DNA of 63,398 nt, filler included, from Sphacelaria rigidula (lineage: Eukaryota), in NCBI GenBank assembly GCA_964200075.2. It is 8 parts of 8 records of this genome, joined end to end, with 100 filler letters (N's around TTAATTAATTAA, not from the genome) between each part and the next. Parts side by side here need not be neighbours in the genome. Positions count along the whole stretch, not along the records: positions 7,939 to 15,776 come from CAXNAA020013296.1; positions 15,877 to 23,714 come from CAXNAA020013297.1; positions 23,815 to 31,651 come from CAXNAA020013298.1; 5 more parts are not named here. One strand, 5' to 3'. The notes under the pieces were generated by a model. It ran no database searches, was not told the DNA's origin, and was given only the letters and a program-made list of their open reading frames with translations. A program made the translations under genes and the position numbers. This document shows positions 12,868 to 26,128 of this stretch, piece by piece (the first letter of the stretch is position 1; every line of letters begins with the position of its first letter).

Positions 12868-15079
12868 GCTCTGGCTCGCGAGCGCGAGGTACACGCAGGT
12901 CGTGCGCTGACATCGACAGGAAAGGGTACAGCAGTGGGCACGAGCACGTACGCGGGTGGCATGTGAAGCAGCAACCAGCCGCAGATGGTTGCTGCTGTCC
13001 AACCCGCCGTCATCAGAAGTGGCTGAGGATCTCGGTGACGACTTACTACCCATAACAAACCACTTGAAAAAAAACGCTGATCGCTCCACGTAATATATTA
13101 TGCACTTGGTGGCCGAAAATCACAGGAGGTGAGGTATACGTGTTTTCTACCCAGTTCGCGCGGAAGTGAAGTTTTGTGCAACACTGCACTGTGTACGAAA
13201 CGCTTCTAAAAGCAGGTCGATTGTGTGAACTTTGTTCTTTGCTGCTTGCCCTTGATTTTTTTTTTTTCGCTCCTTGTGTTCTTTTTTCGTCTTTTATTCC
13301 ATCCTTTTTTTTTTCTTCTCATGGTATTCTTTATTCTTTTCAAGTTTTTTTTGGCCAAGCGTTTACATATACGACCTGGATCAGCCGAAGAGTGAATTTA
13401 AGCTCGTTTAACCATGTCTCGTCGAAGAAGACGGAATGGCTTGCGATCCGCGTACCTTAATAGTCCTCTCAACAACGGGGAGATGCCCCTCTCCTCGAGA
13501 GCCTGGGCCGATTTTTTCTGGTTGATCAAACGCCATGTGGAGTAAATCGTATCCCGTACGGATATGGTCCATACCAACAAAGTCTGTATGAAACCCCGAA
13601 AGATATGTACGGCGGATGACTGTGTTTTTTTATGCGAACATTACCTGGAGCACGGGGAAACAATCGATATCCTCCCCTTGACCTTATTCATTATCTCTCC
13701 AGAGATATGGCGCAGATGATATTCCTACGAAAGTCAATATTATTTGGGCAGAGGCACTATTATAAGTGCACTAAATCTGGATTTCGTGGCTCAGTTTTGA
13801 GATTCATGCTTCGAGATTTGACGTGGAGAATCGCTAGGGCAAAATGAAAACAAGAAGTTCAGGACCTCGTTTTTTTTTTCACGAGATAAGAACGTTTTTC
13901 TGAAAAAATGTACGGAATATATTGTGCCCGGTCGTGAACTCAATTTCTCAGGTTAGTTGTAAGAATCATGTTTTGAGAATGAGTATGGAGAATCACAAGG
14001 GTATAACTAGAAACTGAACAAAACTGGCTCTTCATTTTTCTCGTGAGTTGAGGACGTTCTCTTGAAATAATGGTCCTTACTACACTCAAACATCCTCGAC
14101 TAACGAAAAAAGAAACAATGTCTTGCAGATTCTCCACACAAAAAATTCAAAGCACAACTGTCAAAACTGAGCTGCTAAATGGCCCGCAACATATAGCTGT
14201 GTTTGTCGACCAGCCCGGTCTGTCAGCCTGGAATTCTTACCTTAATGTTGAAAGCTGCACTTTCAAATTTGGTTCGGAGAATGGCTATTATAGGGCAAAA
14301 TAATATATGTTAATGTATATATTGTTTTTGGGACGGCGAGGTTTTTTCATGAGATAGGGACGTTTTAGTGAAAACTCGGTCTAGTTATTTTGCCCTCAAG
14401 TCATGAATGAAGAGAAAAAACTCGAGGTCCAAATTATTTTTATTTTTATATGATACCCTAGCAGTTCTCCATACCAAAATTTGAAAGTGCATCTCTCAAC
14501 ATTGAGGTGAAAATCGGCCTGCGACTACCTGCAGGTCCGCTCCTAGGCTGGCCCAGCTCGTATATATGTACGTGTGTTCGTGTGTGTCTACATTTGCCTT
14601 GAGTGCATATCTGTTGTCGCCATGGTCGTGTTCTTAGCGGATCTGTCAACTTGAATCACCCCATCAATAATCCAATCAATCATCCAATCAATCGTTCAGT
14701 CAATGATGCCACGTAAATGTCCGTCCACTTGGAGTCGACCTCTTCTTGGACGTATATATCCTGCCGTGTGACCCTCAGTACTCCTTCTCTCCCTGTACAT
14801 AGCCGTGCTCGATCCACAGCACCCTGCTCCCCCCGGAACATGGCCGTGCTCTTTGCCGAAATGAATACAGCACGAGTAGTGAACCAAGTCCCTCGTCTCC
14901 CCCTTCCGTACAGGCGGCCGTGGATCAGCCCCATGGAGCGAGCTCGCTGCGCTTCTAGCCTCGGCCTTCCCCTGACAGCCATGGTGGAAGGGATCGGAGA
15001 TGACCCTGCATTGGTCGACAGCTTCTTGGACCCGGATGCAATGACTTCAGCTCTCTTGCCTGCGATCGGAAGCCGGTGA
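10188..15079 (+). CDS. Internal exons of a large protein, possibly TSET complex TTRAY/TWD40-like (partial)
   Basis: Exons 10188-10424, 11472-11630, 12167-12379 and 14803-15075/15079 all have AG/GT boundaries and matching phase 2, giving one open frame ...WRPLCSL...GVAACLPDRLCLVARGGLGGGIAHLITRPLFPLEPLLTGALA... The exon chain is seen in the sequence; the family call is from remembered motif similarity only. Confidence 0.55.
11122..11181. repeat. Compound microsatellite (CAG/CAGTAG/CAA)n
   Basis: Direct reading. Confidence 0.9.
11709..11771. repeat. (GTA)n microsatellite
   Basis: Direct reading. Confidence 0.9.
12826..12864. repeat. (CA)n microsatellite
   Basis: Direct reading, about 19 units. 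Confidence 0.92.
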
Positions 15080-15776
15080 ATGAGTGTCGCGTATGCTTGT
15101 TCTCGTGTGTGTGTGTGTGTTATTCACGTCCCAAATGTTAGCTGTTTGTTACAGTCTAGTTTGGTCTGGTCTATGCAGTCTATCGGAGTCTTTCACATCC
15201 TGGATAATGACTAAAGAGTACATTGTTGAAAAGTGTACTGCGTACAGCATGGAATTCATTGTCTAGTGCGATAGACGCAATTGTCAATGCTGTCCGCAGT
15301 AAACGTTTTGACAGTGAGCTCTACTGTTCAGTGTGTGGAGTCTTTTTTCGAATTTCATATATACTTTTTGTTCATTTCAAAATGAGCGTACGATGGTCGT
15401 CGGGCTCTGACATTTTGTCCCATGCTGGGTCAAGATGTATATATTTTTTCATATTTTTCGCTGTTCCTTCATGTGCGTGTGCCATTGTTGTTCTTACCGC
15501 TTGGTGGCTTTGTAGTCGCACCCGGTGGTAACTTATTCATTTCGTTGCCACAAGTAGATACACTATCGATTACGATACCCCTCTCTTTTTTTTTTTCACG
15601 TTTTTTGCGGCAGATAAAAGAAAATCATGCCCTGTGTCATCTCCCAAGAGAAGTCGCTGGTCATCGTCTGATGTGCATGATCAACAAGCATTCATCAACA
15701 TCCCCCCCCCCTCATCTACGTGCCCACCCCCCCCCCCACCCCCACACCCTATCCCGGCTAGCCCTACACCTGGCCA

Positions 15777-15876
15777 NNNNNNNNNNNNNNNNNNNNNNNN
15801 NNNNNNNNNNNNNNNNNNNNTTAATTAATTAANNNNNNNNNNNNNNNNNNNNNNNNNNNNNNNNNNNNNNNNNNNN
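15777..15876. other. Artificial contig linker
   Basis: N44-TTAATTAATTAA-N44. Confidence 0.97.
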
Positions 15877-16900
15877 GACGTTCCCTAGTTGTTTGGCGCC
15901 GTGATGTCTCGACTACGGTTCGCAATTGTGGCGGGGGTACTCATTTATTACTTGCCTTCGTCATTTGACCATTGACCACGCATCCCTTTCGAGACGGAGC
16001 ACACGTATTGCAAAGGGAGGGGGGGGGGGAAATAAAAACAGAAAATAAAAGCCAGTTTCCAGACTACGCAAGAAAACTACATGTCATAACTCAACCAAAA
16101 AGAAAAAATGTCAAGACGCAAAAACGTAGCGCGAAGAAACAGAATGTCGAAGACACCGTTGCCTCTCTGGTGGGAGAGACTTCCACAGGGGCGGAAGGTC
16201 ACGAGTTCAAATGCCGAGAGATACTGTTTTTTCTTGCGGATCTGGTTCCGCCGTTGAGGTCGTAAATCATGCAGCACACTTTCCTTTCAATTCTCATTGT
16301 TATAGCGGCACAGCGTACGTCAGCGGGTTGGTACGGACTTTACAGCGATGTATGTACATCACGTCAATGCGGGGTGCTGGGACATTTATCGTGTGCTAAA
16401 GACAGATGAGCTTTTAGGCTGGCCCAGCCGGCAGTACCTGAAATTGCGACTTGTACCCATACCCGTGCGATACCCTCACCACACGAGTACCACCTGTTGA
16501 AGTGACCAAAGCCATCCTAATTTCGGGTCCACCACCGAAAAAAGTAGGTGATAACATCGGGAGCACGCGCACTACAGGACACAACAAAAACGGTCCTCGT
16601 GGAGCAATGAGAACCCGCCCCTCCGTCCACCTAACACACTCACTTGGAAACTTTTCGTCAACGGGACATTGTTTCACAGATGACAACCCGATATGTGCGG
16701 AGAGGAGGGGAGGGGGGGGTACTCATTTGTTGCTTGCCTTAGTCGTGTGGCCACTGACCACGCATCCCTTTCGAGACGGAGCACCGTTCCTACTCGTGAT
16801 AGAGAGAGGGGAAGGGGGCGGTACGGCACGTAACAAGGGACCATCCAGACTAATACATGTGAATAACCTTTCATTCGACACATGGAACAAGAATCTGCAC

Positions 16901-19900
16901 CTGATATCGTAGGGGTTGAGGCCAGAGACATAGTACGGCACAGTCAGTAACTCGTTGCAGAATGTCTGGGCCGCCGTGCACATCTGCGCCGAAATCAACA
17001 AAAGCCAAACGACGGTAATAGCAACGACAGTGACGGCAGCAGCAGCACGAGGAGGATCAACAAAAAGGAAAACACATGAAACGTCGTGGGCGCTTGTTTG
17101 GGAGAGGGGGAAGGGGAGAGGTACCCGGACAGGGCAGACAACGAAGTTGATACGAAAAGTTTCGTTCGCACGGGGATATCTCGTAAGCAAAACCTGGAAA
17201 AAAAAAAACTGCTGCCGCTTCCCACATCATACTCTTCTTGTATAAGATAACAGCTCAACTATTGCGTCTAGTAGTAGTCGTAGTCGTAGTCGTAGTAGTA
17301 GTAGTAGTAGTAGTTGAAGTGAAACAAGAGTCACAGTCCAACCCTGCCCCACATACCAGCGACTTTCCTGTTGGAACAGCAGGCTCGCAATTGCGGGTGA
17401 GAATCGATACCCAAGTGTTCAAGGGTTCAAGTCTGCCCGTCGCAGATTTTTGGTGAAGTCATGACATCTTGTTCCCAGAAATATATGAAGATTAGACAAC
17501 ACTACCGTGCTGTACTGTCAAATTTGCCCTCCCTGGGGGTCGGCGTCGGTCGGTAACGACGCGGTAAAACACGCCACTCACTGCGCCAGCTAGGTAACCG
17601 GGTTACCGTTTGTTCTTCGCGCTTGCCTTTTTTGCGGTAACCATGACGGTGGTCGAGTTTAGATACCCATCGTGCGGGGGGGAGAACCCGACCTCCTCAC
17701 AAAGGGGATGATCGCACAACGTGGCGTTTATATGGTGAGACACCCATGAGGTAGTGTAAGCTGTGGCTGTCTCTGGAAGTGGCGAAATCAGAAAATGAAG
17801 CAACTCATTCGAGGCTGCCATCCATACGCGTACGCTTCGGGCCGAACAATCTTAGCAGGATCTAGGTCATCCTCTCATGCGACTTGCCGAACACATCACG
17901 GCGCTTCGCGCTTGGCGATTGACTACAAGCCTGATCCGGCGAAACCCCAGCGTGTTCCGTCCCGGCTTTGTAGGGGTGCGAGGTCAATGGTCTCGTGGCC
18001 ACGGGATGCAAGATCACAAGTACGCCACCTCCGCGCCCTCGTGAAGATATCAAACAGAGCCCACTCACCGCCGAAATGGACTGGCAGGCATCGATGAGGC
18101 CGACGCAAACAGGCGCTACTTTCCGCATCATGGCCGCCTCCTCGTCGGACACTGCTTTCACACCGTAAGGGTTGTTTACCGCCATCTGTACTCGAACGGG
18201 TGGGGCGAAGGGCGGGTGGGTGGGGTGGGGGATTATGATTCACCTTTGGGAACAGCATTAATCTTCTCTTGTGCTCATTTGCAGAGCAAGTTGTTGATAT
18301 TCCTGCGGTCGTGGAAACTCCGTGGCCTAGGCAACACCCACGAGCTAGTCCGCGGTAGCCCCCCTTTGCAAAGGAGTATATCAGCTTTCTCGACCCAACC
18401 CTCCCCTGTGCATTATCCCTGACCCTGACACCAAGAAATTACACCGTGACACAAGGACGGACCATGATCCTGACGGTCACCGTAGGGGTCCACTGACCCA
18501 ACCTGCGTCCGCAGAGCACGGCGGGGCGTGCGTTGGTGTGAACGGCGCTCTGCCGAATCGCGTCGCGCAGTGCACCACGCAAGTATGAGTTGGCAAGATA
18601 ACTCCTGAGTCTTGGATACGGCCAGGAGATACCGAATGAGCAGAAAAATAAAACTACACCGGAGCCAAGCGAGATGCTCTATGCAAATGATCATCATACG
18701 TACATATAAAATATGTATATAATAATTACTCCGGAGTATACACTATATGCAGCAAAACACGAGTGCCAGATGGTGGAACCTTCACTGCACATGGAAATGA
18801 AGCGGCAATGCGCTTGTTTCGAAGCAGAACAAGGGTCATCTATATATATCAATACGCAGCAGGGAGCTGCCCACTAGTGCGTATCCTCACCTCGGGGTAA
18901 TAGGGGTACTGGACAGCAGGAGACGTCAAACCATTCCCGATACCCAGTCCCGCTAGATTAATGGCGTTAGCATCGCCACGGCTGTGTGTGGGCGGATGGA
19001 CGACAAACGAAACATAACCGCAGCATCAATTAATACGAAACGAGCCTTGCACGACACCAGCAAAAAAAATGCAGTCGTTGGGCTATAAGCGTTAAATAAT
19101 GAACTGTTTTTCATGAAACGGAAAATAATAAACGAACGCGGACAAGGAATAGAATACTTGAGCAGTGACAACTAGCGCTTCACGCTTCACACTCCACACG
19201 AGACGCACAACCCACCGGTATAGCAGAAACGAAGCCAAGCATGTTCTGCGGACGCGTTTTCTTGCGCGCGGTGTTTGGGCACGGGTAGGCACGTGGGTCG
19301 CATCCATACACGCTCATGATACCACCACACACAATATACACCGCACGCTTTATACCATCAACACGAGCTATACGGACAACATATCGAACACTCTCACCGC
19401 ACCAGAGCCACCCGGAGAGCCTGGAAATACGAGGAGATATAACGAGTCACATAGCTGTAGGTCAAGCTCTGCCCAGTTTGGCATACATGACAACTTCACC
19501 TGTTTCCTTGCCATACCCTGTGCGCGACAGAGGGGGCATAGTGACCACCGTATGACTCGCCGAAGACGTAAAAGTCGTTAGCAGCGTACTCGGGGTACTT
19601 GCCGAAGAACTCTTGCAGGAACCTTCGGTTGTTTTCCCCCACAGACACAGCAGGCGAACAGAGCGCAAACATGCGGCAGGTGGTTTAGCACAGGTACACA
19701 CACACAGCCATCCGTCAGACAGTAGGAGCAACAAGAAGGGAAACCTGAACACCAAACATCGACATATCAGGAACAAAACCCGTCCAACTCTCTGCCATCA
19801 CCGTTCCCCAGCTCCCCCATTTTCCCCGCCGTCCACTGTTTCCCAGCATCCAACATCTCAGTGATATCTTGTTTGTATCTTTTCTCCCTTCCCCAAATAT

Positions 19901-21851
19901 CTCACCAGTACATGTCCTCCCCAACACCATTTTCGTCGTGATCAAAGTCTCCTGCAGCTTTTCCGTAGCTGAAGCCAACACCGGCGGGCTGGTCCACCCA
20001 GATGACGTTCGCGCGAAGGTTCCAGGAGTTGGGGTTCGTGGTCGTGGTTTCTCCGTCGTCGTTAACCGTACAGGGGCCTGGAATGGTGAAGTATCGCAAC
20101 AGTATCAAACATGGATATAAACTGGAGCATGACCTTCGAGGGAAGCTAAGGGTATGTCAGATATTGTAATCGCATTCGTATGTGAAAAGGGGCAGGGTGC
20201 CCCGTATTTCCCAGAGATTCACCATCACCATAACCACTACCACCAAAACCAATAACGACAGCAATTCGAGCGACCGAAAAGGTCAAAATATACGCGCAAT
20301 GCATATCTGCAACCAAAAGGATAAGAAAAACACATCTCTGGAAACGACGAAACGCAACAAGACAGAACCCCGGGAGAATGCTGACATTCGTTTCGATTCC
20401 ATCGCGTAGTTGGTGAAAGAACATAGCAACCCCTGTTCCTCACCGCCCCTCCGCTCCACATACCGTTTTCTGCGAAGAGCGCCAAAGTGGAGGAGCAGCC
20501 AGGCCCTCCGGTGAGCCACAGCACGACGGGGTCATCCTTGGGTTTGTCTTGAGACTCGAAGAACCAGAAGAAGTACTCCTTGTCCGTCGCCCCTTCGTCC
20601 TGATAGTCCATACACATTCGAAACACGCAGCGGCAGCAAGCACTCACAGTCAATTTCACGTGGTACTTGTGGTACGTCTACATCTCATCATCACGGCTGA
20701 ATTCCAGGCCGATTAGTAGTACATGCACAACAATCAACCTATTCATCAACCCACTCAACTGATCATTCAAGTCCTCGTGAAACGTGCCTCGTTCTTATTT
20801 CTGTTCCGAATCAAGGATAAAACGCAGTCATTTGCCTTTCAGTTTGTGTTGAACTCAGCAGGACCATGTACCACGGCGGAAGCAACAAGAGGAAAGTTTT
20901 TCGTTGTACGAGTACAGCGGGTGGGGTGTTTCGTCGCGAGGGATAGTGGCACTAGAAGGCGGTATCTTCAGCTGTCGAATTGGGCGCTCGCCGCGTGAGC
21001 GAAGTGAACAGGTACCAGGAGGCGAAAAATGCGCGACATCTCGTAGCTTGCTTGATGTCTTCAGAGCCCAGATCCTAGGGGGGACTTGAGTCGAATGAGA
21101 TGTTCTCCGGGGTTCGGAATCGTCGTTCTTGGCAAGAGAGGCAACGTCTATCCTACTAGTTGCATAATAATGCGGGAGCGACACGCCAACAACTTTCGCA
21201 CCGATGGCAGGTGCAGCCATCGAGATTCGACAATTGAATTGGCAGCACGCGCAACATAATGATACACGAAAGACGGGCCATGGCACTCGTTCTTTCAACC
21301 ATGATAAAATACAAAAATACTGCTGCAAGTCTGTTGGCTACAACATGTAATAGTTGGGACAGAAATGGTGTAAGCGCTTCCACTAATTGCCGTCTGTCCA
21401 CGCTCATGCTGGGGGCTTTTCCCCAGTATCGTGCTTTTCGCAGACCCTGGTCAGCTAATAAAAAGACGGTGATCTTGACAGGATGAGGGCGATCGCATTT
21501 AGACGTTGTCAATACTACAGATAGTAGGGTACCTGCCCATAGCTGGTCAATCAAAATGTTCGATTCGACAACAACACGATTGCGTGTCTCATCACACCCC
21601 TCGGGGGGTCGGGTTTCACTTCGTACTCTCGTGAACCCTTACTCAAGAAGGACGGGGACGTGGGAGAACGTGCTGCTAACCTGGATGTTGAAGTATCCCG
21701 ACAGCTGCCTCACGTCCTCCGTTCCACACGTTAATGAAGTGGAGTCGACCTCTTTGGCGTCTATCGAGGTTACCATTGGTGTTGCGTTGCTGACACGAAC
21801 GTAGGCGCACCCCCAAAGCGCCAATGCGCCCAGACTTGAACACACTTTCAT
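16901..21851 (-). CDS. Serine carboxypeptidase, peptidase family S10 (carboxypeptidase Y-like), secreted; 3' end missing from the contig
   Basis: Phase-compatible exons 21851-21681, 20599-20464, 20077-19906, 19622-19500, 18981-18891, 18185-18069, 16983-16901. Signal peptide [14 protein letters not shown]; motifs [40 protein letters not shown]...[15 protein letters not shown], catalytic [33 protein letters not shown]. Confidence 0.95.
17269..17314. repeat. (GTA/GTC)n microsatellite in a carboxypeptidase intron
   Basis: Direct reading. Confidence 0.85.
17530..17992 (+). repeat. Second copy of the ~480-bp dispersed repeat (intronic)
   Basis: Colinear with 9611-10093. Confidence 0.8.
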
Positions 21852-22972
21852 CTTGTGTCGTTGTGCCGCGTACGCGTGAGCTGACTCTTCTGTTCTTCAC
21901 TTAAAATCTTCACTCTGTCTTGGGGCACGGGCCGAGGCGAGGGCGGGGAGTGGGAACAACGTTTTGCAGCAGCGGAAGGGCACCTGGGATTTTATACGCG
22001 ATGTACCACATGGTACGTGACACGATACCATTCCTCCAGTCTGGTGGGAGAGGGCTGCACGGTTGTACCTTGACTGGTAGCACAAGCAGCAGTAACGTAC
22101 ACTGGATGGAACAAAATCGACATTGGGGAAGAGGGAAGGTACAGGGGGAAGATGAATCTCGTGACACTGCTGTTGTACGTCAGATCCACCATCTCCTTCA
22201 TAACCAACTGTAGTACGAGCAAATCCTATATTCTCGAGGATATCTCTAAACAGTGAGCACTACGCAGGAAGCACTGGCTGTATGTAGATTTGAACAGATT
22301 GTGCTGCGCACTAGTGTTGTGCGCTGCGCTGGTAATCCAGGCAGCCTGAGGGAGGCATGTGTAGTCAGACATGCTCTCACGGTCCTGTTGTACTCAAAAG
22401 TTGAAGCTACACGTGGAAACGGCAGGGCGTGCGCTGATGAGGGTGAGTGCTCCATGATAATATGACAACATCATACTCTCCGACCATTTTTTTCCCCGAG
22501 GTATTGAGTGTGCCGCAAGCAGAAGATGGTTCCGTTGTCAGGCAAAGCTGGGTTACGTGGTAGTTGGGGAGCAGATTTGCTATGCTGTGTAGGTGCGGCG
22601 TAACCTTAAGTCGGGTCTGTGATATTCTGTAGTTGACGTTCGATATGACCTCACAAGAAGTAAAAACTGTGCGCGAAGTGAAGCAGTACACACCATTATC
22701 CTTGAATACATCGACATGGGGTTTTGCTTGGATCTGTGGCAGTTAAAGGCTGAATCTAGCTGCATAGGCAGTGGACTTACCTCTTCCCACCTCTCCACGA
22801 CCCCGCTCACTTTGTACCTGCTGTCTAATCTGGCGGCTTGACCACTTTGTCAGAAGTACACATAGGTGTCATTAGATAACCTTGCATAATTTGGAATATG
22901 GTTAGAGGTTGTGTTGTCACTGGACTATTCATGTATTATTATGATCAACGTTTAGAGTTCTTGTTGCTGATG

Positions 22973-23128
22973 CCGTTCCGATATCTGCGCAGTACTCCGT
23001 ACTGGACATCCGAAGCGGATGCCTTCCTTGCTCACAGGCTAACTATACTCAAAATAAGGTATATTGAAATCAGAAAAAATCAAATGGGCCACAAGAAAAT
23101 TCACACAGACGCGATACAAAAAAAAACT
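22973..23128 (+). repeat. ~155-bp dispersed repeat
   Basis: Reverse-complement homologue at ~36345-36500 (CCGTTCCGATATCTGCGCAGTACTC shared). Confidence 0.7.
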
Positions 23129-23634
23129 GCCGTTGTACTGTATATCCGGGCCGGTTAATGACCATTCGACGACGAGTACTACGCAAAATAGCAAGGTTAC
23201 AGTAGATGAGACACAACCTGTTCCCACGGCTTCTTGTTTTGTATGATTGGATATGAGTGTAGTTTCTGCGCAACGCATTTACCACGGAAGCCATATGGCA
23301 GAGGCCGGCCGCTTCTGGTTTCTTTCTCCTTCTCTTTAGTTTTGTCTTCTTTGTTATTTTCCCCATTTTCTTTTACTTTTATTTCTCATGGTCGCTACTC
23401 TGTCTGCTGTCTGCCTGTCTGTTACACCTACTCTGTTTTCCTTCACTTTCTGTTTTCTCCAGCGAGTGTTTCAGTTTTGTTGTGTCTCGGGTACGTCTAT
23501 CATGTGACCACGGCCGGATCCCTGGGGGATCAGTAAAGTGCGACAACCAGTCAATACAGTAATCAATCAATCAACCAATCAATCAATCAATACTGGTATA
23601 TACCAAGGGGTGTCCCAAAAACGCAATTCAACCT

Positions 23635-23673
<39 letters not shown>

Positions 23674-23714
23674 CCCCCCGCCCCGCTGCACTCCATCACA
23701 CAACAACTATATAA

Positions 23715-23814
23715 NNNNNNNNNNNNNNNNNNNNNNNNNNNNNNNNNNNNNNNNNNNNTTAATTAATTAANNNNNNNNNNNNNNNNNNNNNNNNNNNNNN
23801 NNNNNNNNNNNNNN
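23715..23814. other. Artificial contig linker
   Basis: N44-TTAATTAATTAA-N44. Confidence 0.97.
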
Positions 23815-25835
23815 GCGGGGTCAAGGGTCAAACCCCTAAGGCAACAAAAAAATGAGTCCCCCCCCCCCCCCCCCCCCTCCCCCCGTGCACCCCCCCTTTG
23901 TTTTGGATAGCCGCGGTGTTCGACATACCAAGATCTATGGTATATCTGTACCAGACCCGCCCCCCGCCATGCCGCCCCTTTCCCCTTTCACGCTGTGCGC
24001 ACTGCCCCGCTTGCGATTGTTTCTTCACAAGCGGAACAAGTACCGTTTGTAAAACATTCTACTGCATCCTGCAGCTTCCAGCACGCCGTCTGCACTGTTC
24101 CGAGTTGTCGAAAATCTCTACGATACTGGTGCAGGCACTGAAACTTGCGGCACTGATCGCCTACGACAGCGGCCACGAACGGTGCGCATCCACTCGATTG
24201 TACTGTACAGCGTAGTACAACGCCACAACTGCGTACTATCTGTGCTGTATCACCCCCCATTTTTTTCATTCCACAGAACGCGTGACCTTGCTGTCCGGTA
24301 TCATATTGTATGCCGATACGATACCGCACTGTACTGAGTCATACTGTCTGTGCTTCGTCTGTACTGTACAATAGATACGGCATTTGTTTTTGGTCGCCGG
24401 TGTATTTCGCTTGTCCGCCTGTACTGCATGTCACCCAATTGCAGCGGACCTCACGATCCTGCCGACGATACCGTCAGCTGGACAGTACATCACAGTGTGA
24501 GGATTTTGCCAACGTTCAGTTGCGAATCACGCCAGCTACTGTTTCTCATGTTGCCAAACCTTCCCAAGCGCTCGTACGGGACTTGGGTTGATATTGATGA
24601 TTGCTGTGCCTCGTGAGTACAGATTTGTTTTCTCATGGCGGCATGATTGAATATTCGGTATCTCTGAACAGTACTGCATGAAGCGGTCATCTTATGCCAG
24701 GCACTTTTGAGATTGTGTCGTACACCCATTTTTGTTTTCAGGTTTTTGTGATCATTTCTTCATTTTCTGCGTTCACCTCGCCCCAACACCTGATTAATTA
24801 GGTGGCGGGCCGGGTAAGTGTGCGGTGTGCACTGAGCTGCATGTCTTTAGCAACGGTACCAACCACCGTCGTGATCACCAGTCGATTCTCCCCTTGGCGT
24901 TTCGCACCAGGAAACTGGCGATAAGCATATCAAATCAGCACGTCCACGGATCTCACCGAAACACCGATGTGAAACCGTTACGTCGAACTGACTAAATCCG
25001 CCCCTGGAAGGATACATGTCAATGTTGTGGCATTTGGTTTCATGAAGATTCTGAGTATACCGCGGCCGATTGCGTACCTTTACATTTGATGCGCACCTGT
25101 CAGAAGCTTTTCACAAACTCGTTCGGTGTGCTCAGATTACTTTCTTTGACCAGATCCTCACAATACGGGCGTATACGTCAAAACCGTCGCCCTCAACATC
25201 GCGATTCGCGCGGTTCAAACAACCACCCCCGATTTGATATTGTCACCACGGTAGTGATCACAGCAATCTCAACCCACAGTGCGATCAGTCGTATTTTTAG
25301 GCTCGGGCGCAAAGGCTTTCGGCCCAAGCCTACCAATATATCATTCTGGCGCTTCTCACCCGTTTGCGCAAGGTCGATCATAAGACAGCATACGCCCCCT
25401 TGTGATTGGACTTGCACAGCAGTTGAGCCCGGCCAGATTGATTTCTGTCCCTCCACTGATGCTCACGCGCCACTTAACGATGTTTTGGAATTTACCAAAC
25501 CCCGCGTTTTCAAATAAGCATACAGCTGGGCGATTCAGAGTGTGCCGCTGCCTCAAAATTAGGTCGTCGTCCTCTGCCCGTTTTGAATACACTTCGCGTT
25601 CATTCCTCAATGTCTGCCACAGGCCCACATTAGGGAACCAACGATTGGAAGTGCCCCCCTTTTCTTTCGCTCGGCCAGTAGACACACATCACAGAACTGA
25701 ATCAATGTCGTACGGCACAGGTTCAGGTTTGTGTTGCGGGTACACTGGGCTCGATCAGATTACCTTGATGGGTTCCATGGCAGCAGAATCCCGTGCATCG
25801 TTACATGACTCCCAATTGCGCCACGACCAACCCCA

Positions 25836-26128
25836 CACGAGTGGCCACTGGGGTCTGTAACCTGGCCTTTTTGGAACCTTATCCACAGTTGATAAGGTAC
25901 GCGGATTAGGTGGACAACTGAAGAGCATTCGCACAGCATGGACAGGTTCGAAACATAGCATGTTCCAGTCTATTGGGGAGTCACCCGCCTACAGACTGGG
26001 ACATATTTTGTTCCGATCCTGTCCATGCTGTGCGAACGCTCCTCAGTTGTCTACCCAATCCGCGGACCTTACCAAATGTGGATAAGGTCCCAAAATGGCC
26101 AGGTTACAGACCCCAGTGGCCACCCGTG
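25836..26128. mobile_element. 293-bp fold-back MITE with CACG...CGTG ends and a 2-bp TSD (CMC/EnSpm-like, non-autonomous)
   Basis: ~135-bp inverted arms (CACGAGTGGCCACTGGGGTCTGTAACC...GGTTACAGACCCCAGTGGCCACCCGTG); CA dinucleotide on both sides. Confidence 0.8.

Noticed and set aside
13360..13411. Extra exon for the TTRAY-like gene (VYIYDLDQPKSEFKLV)
   Set aside because: In-frame stop after 16 codons and no convincing donor site
24716..25250. 5' LTR and PBS of the contig-4 gypsy
   Set aside because: No second copy in the contig and no clear TG...CA boundaries, so coordinates cannot be supported
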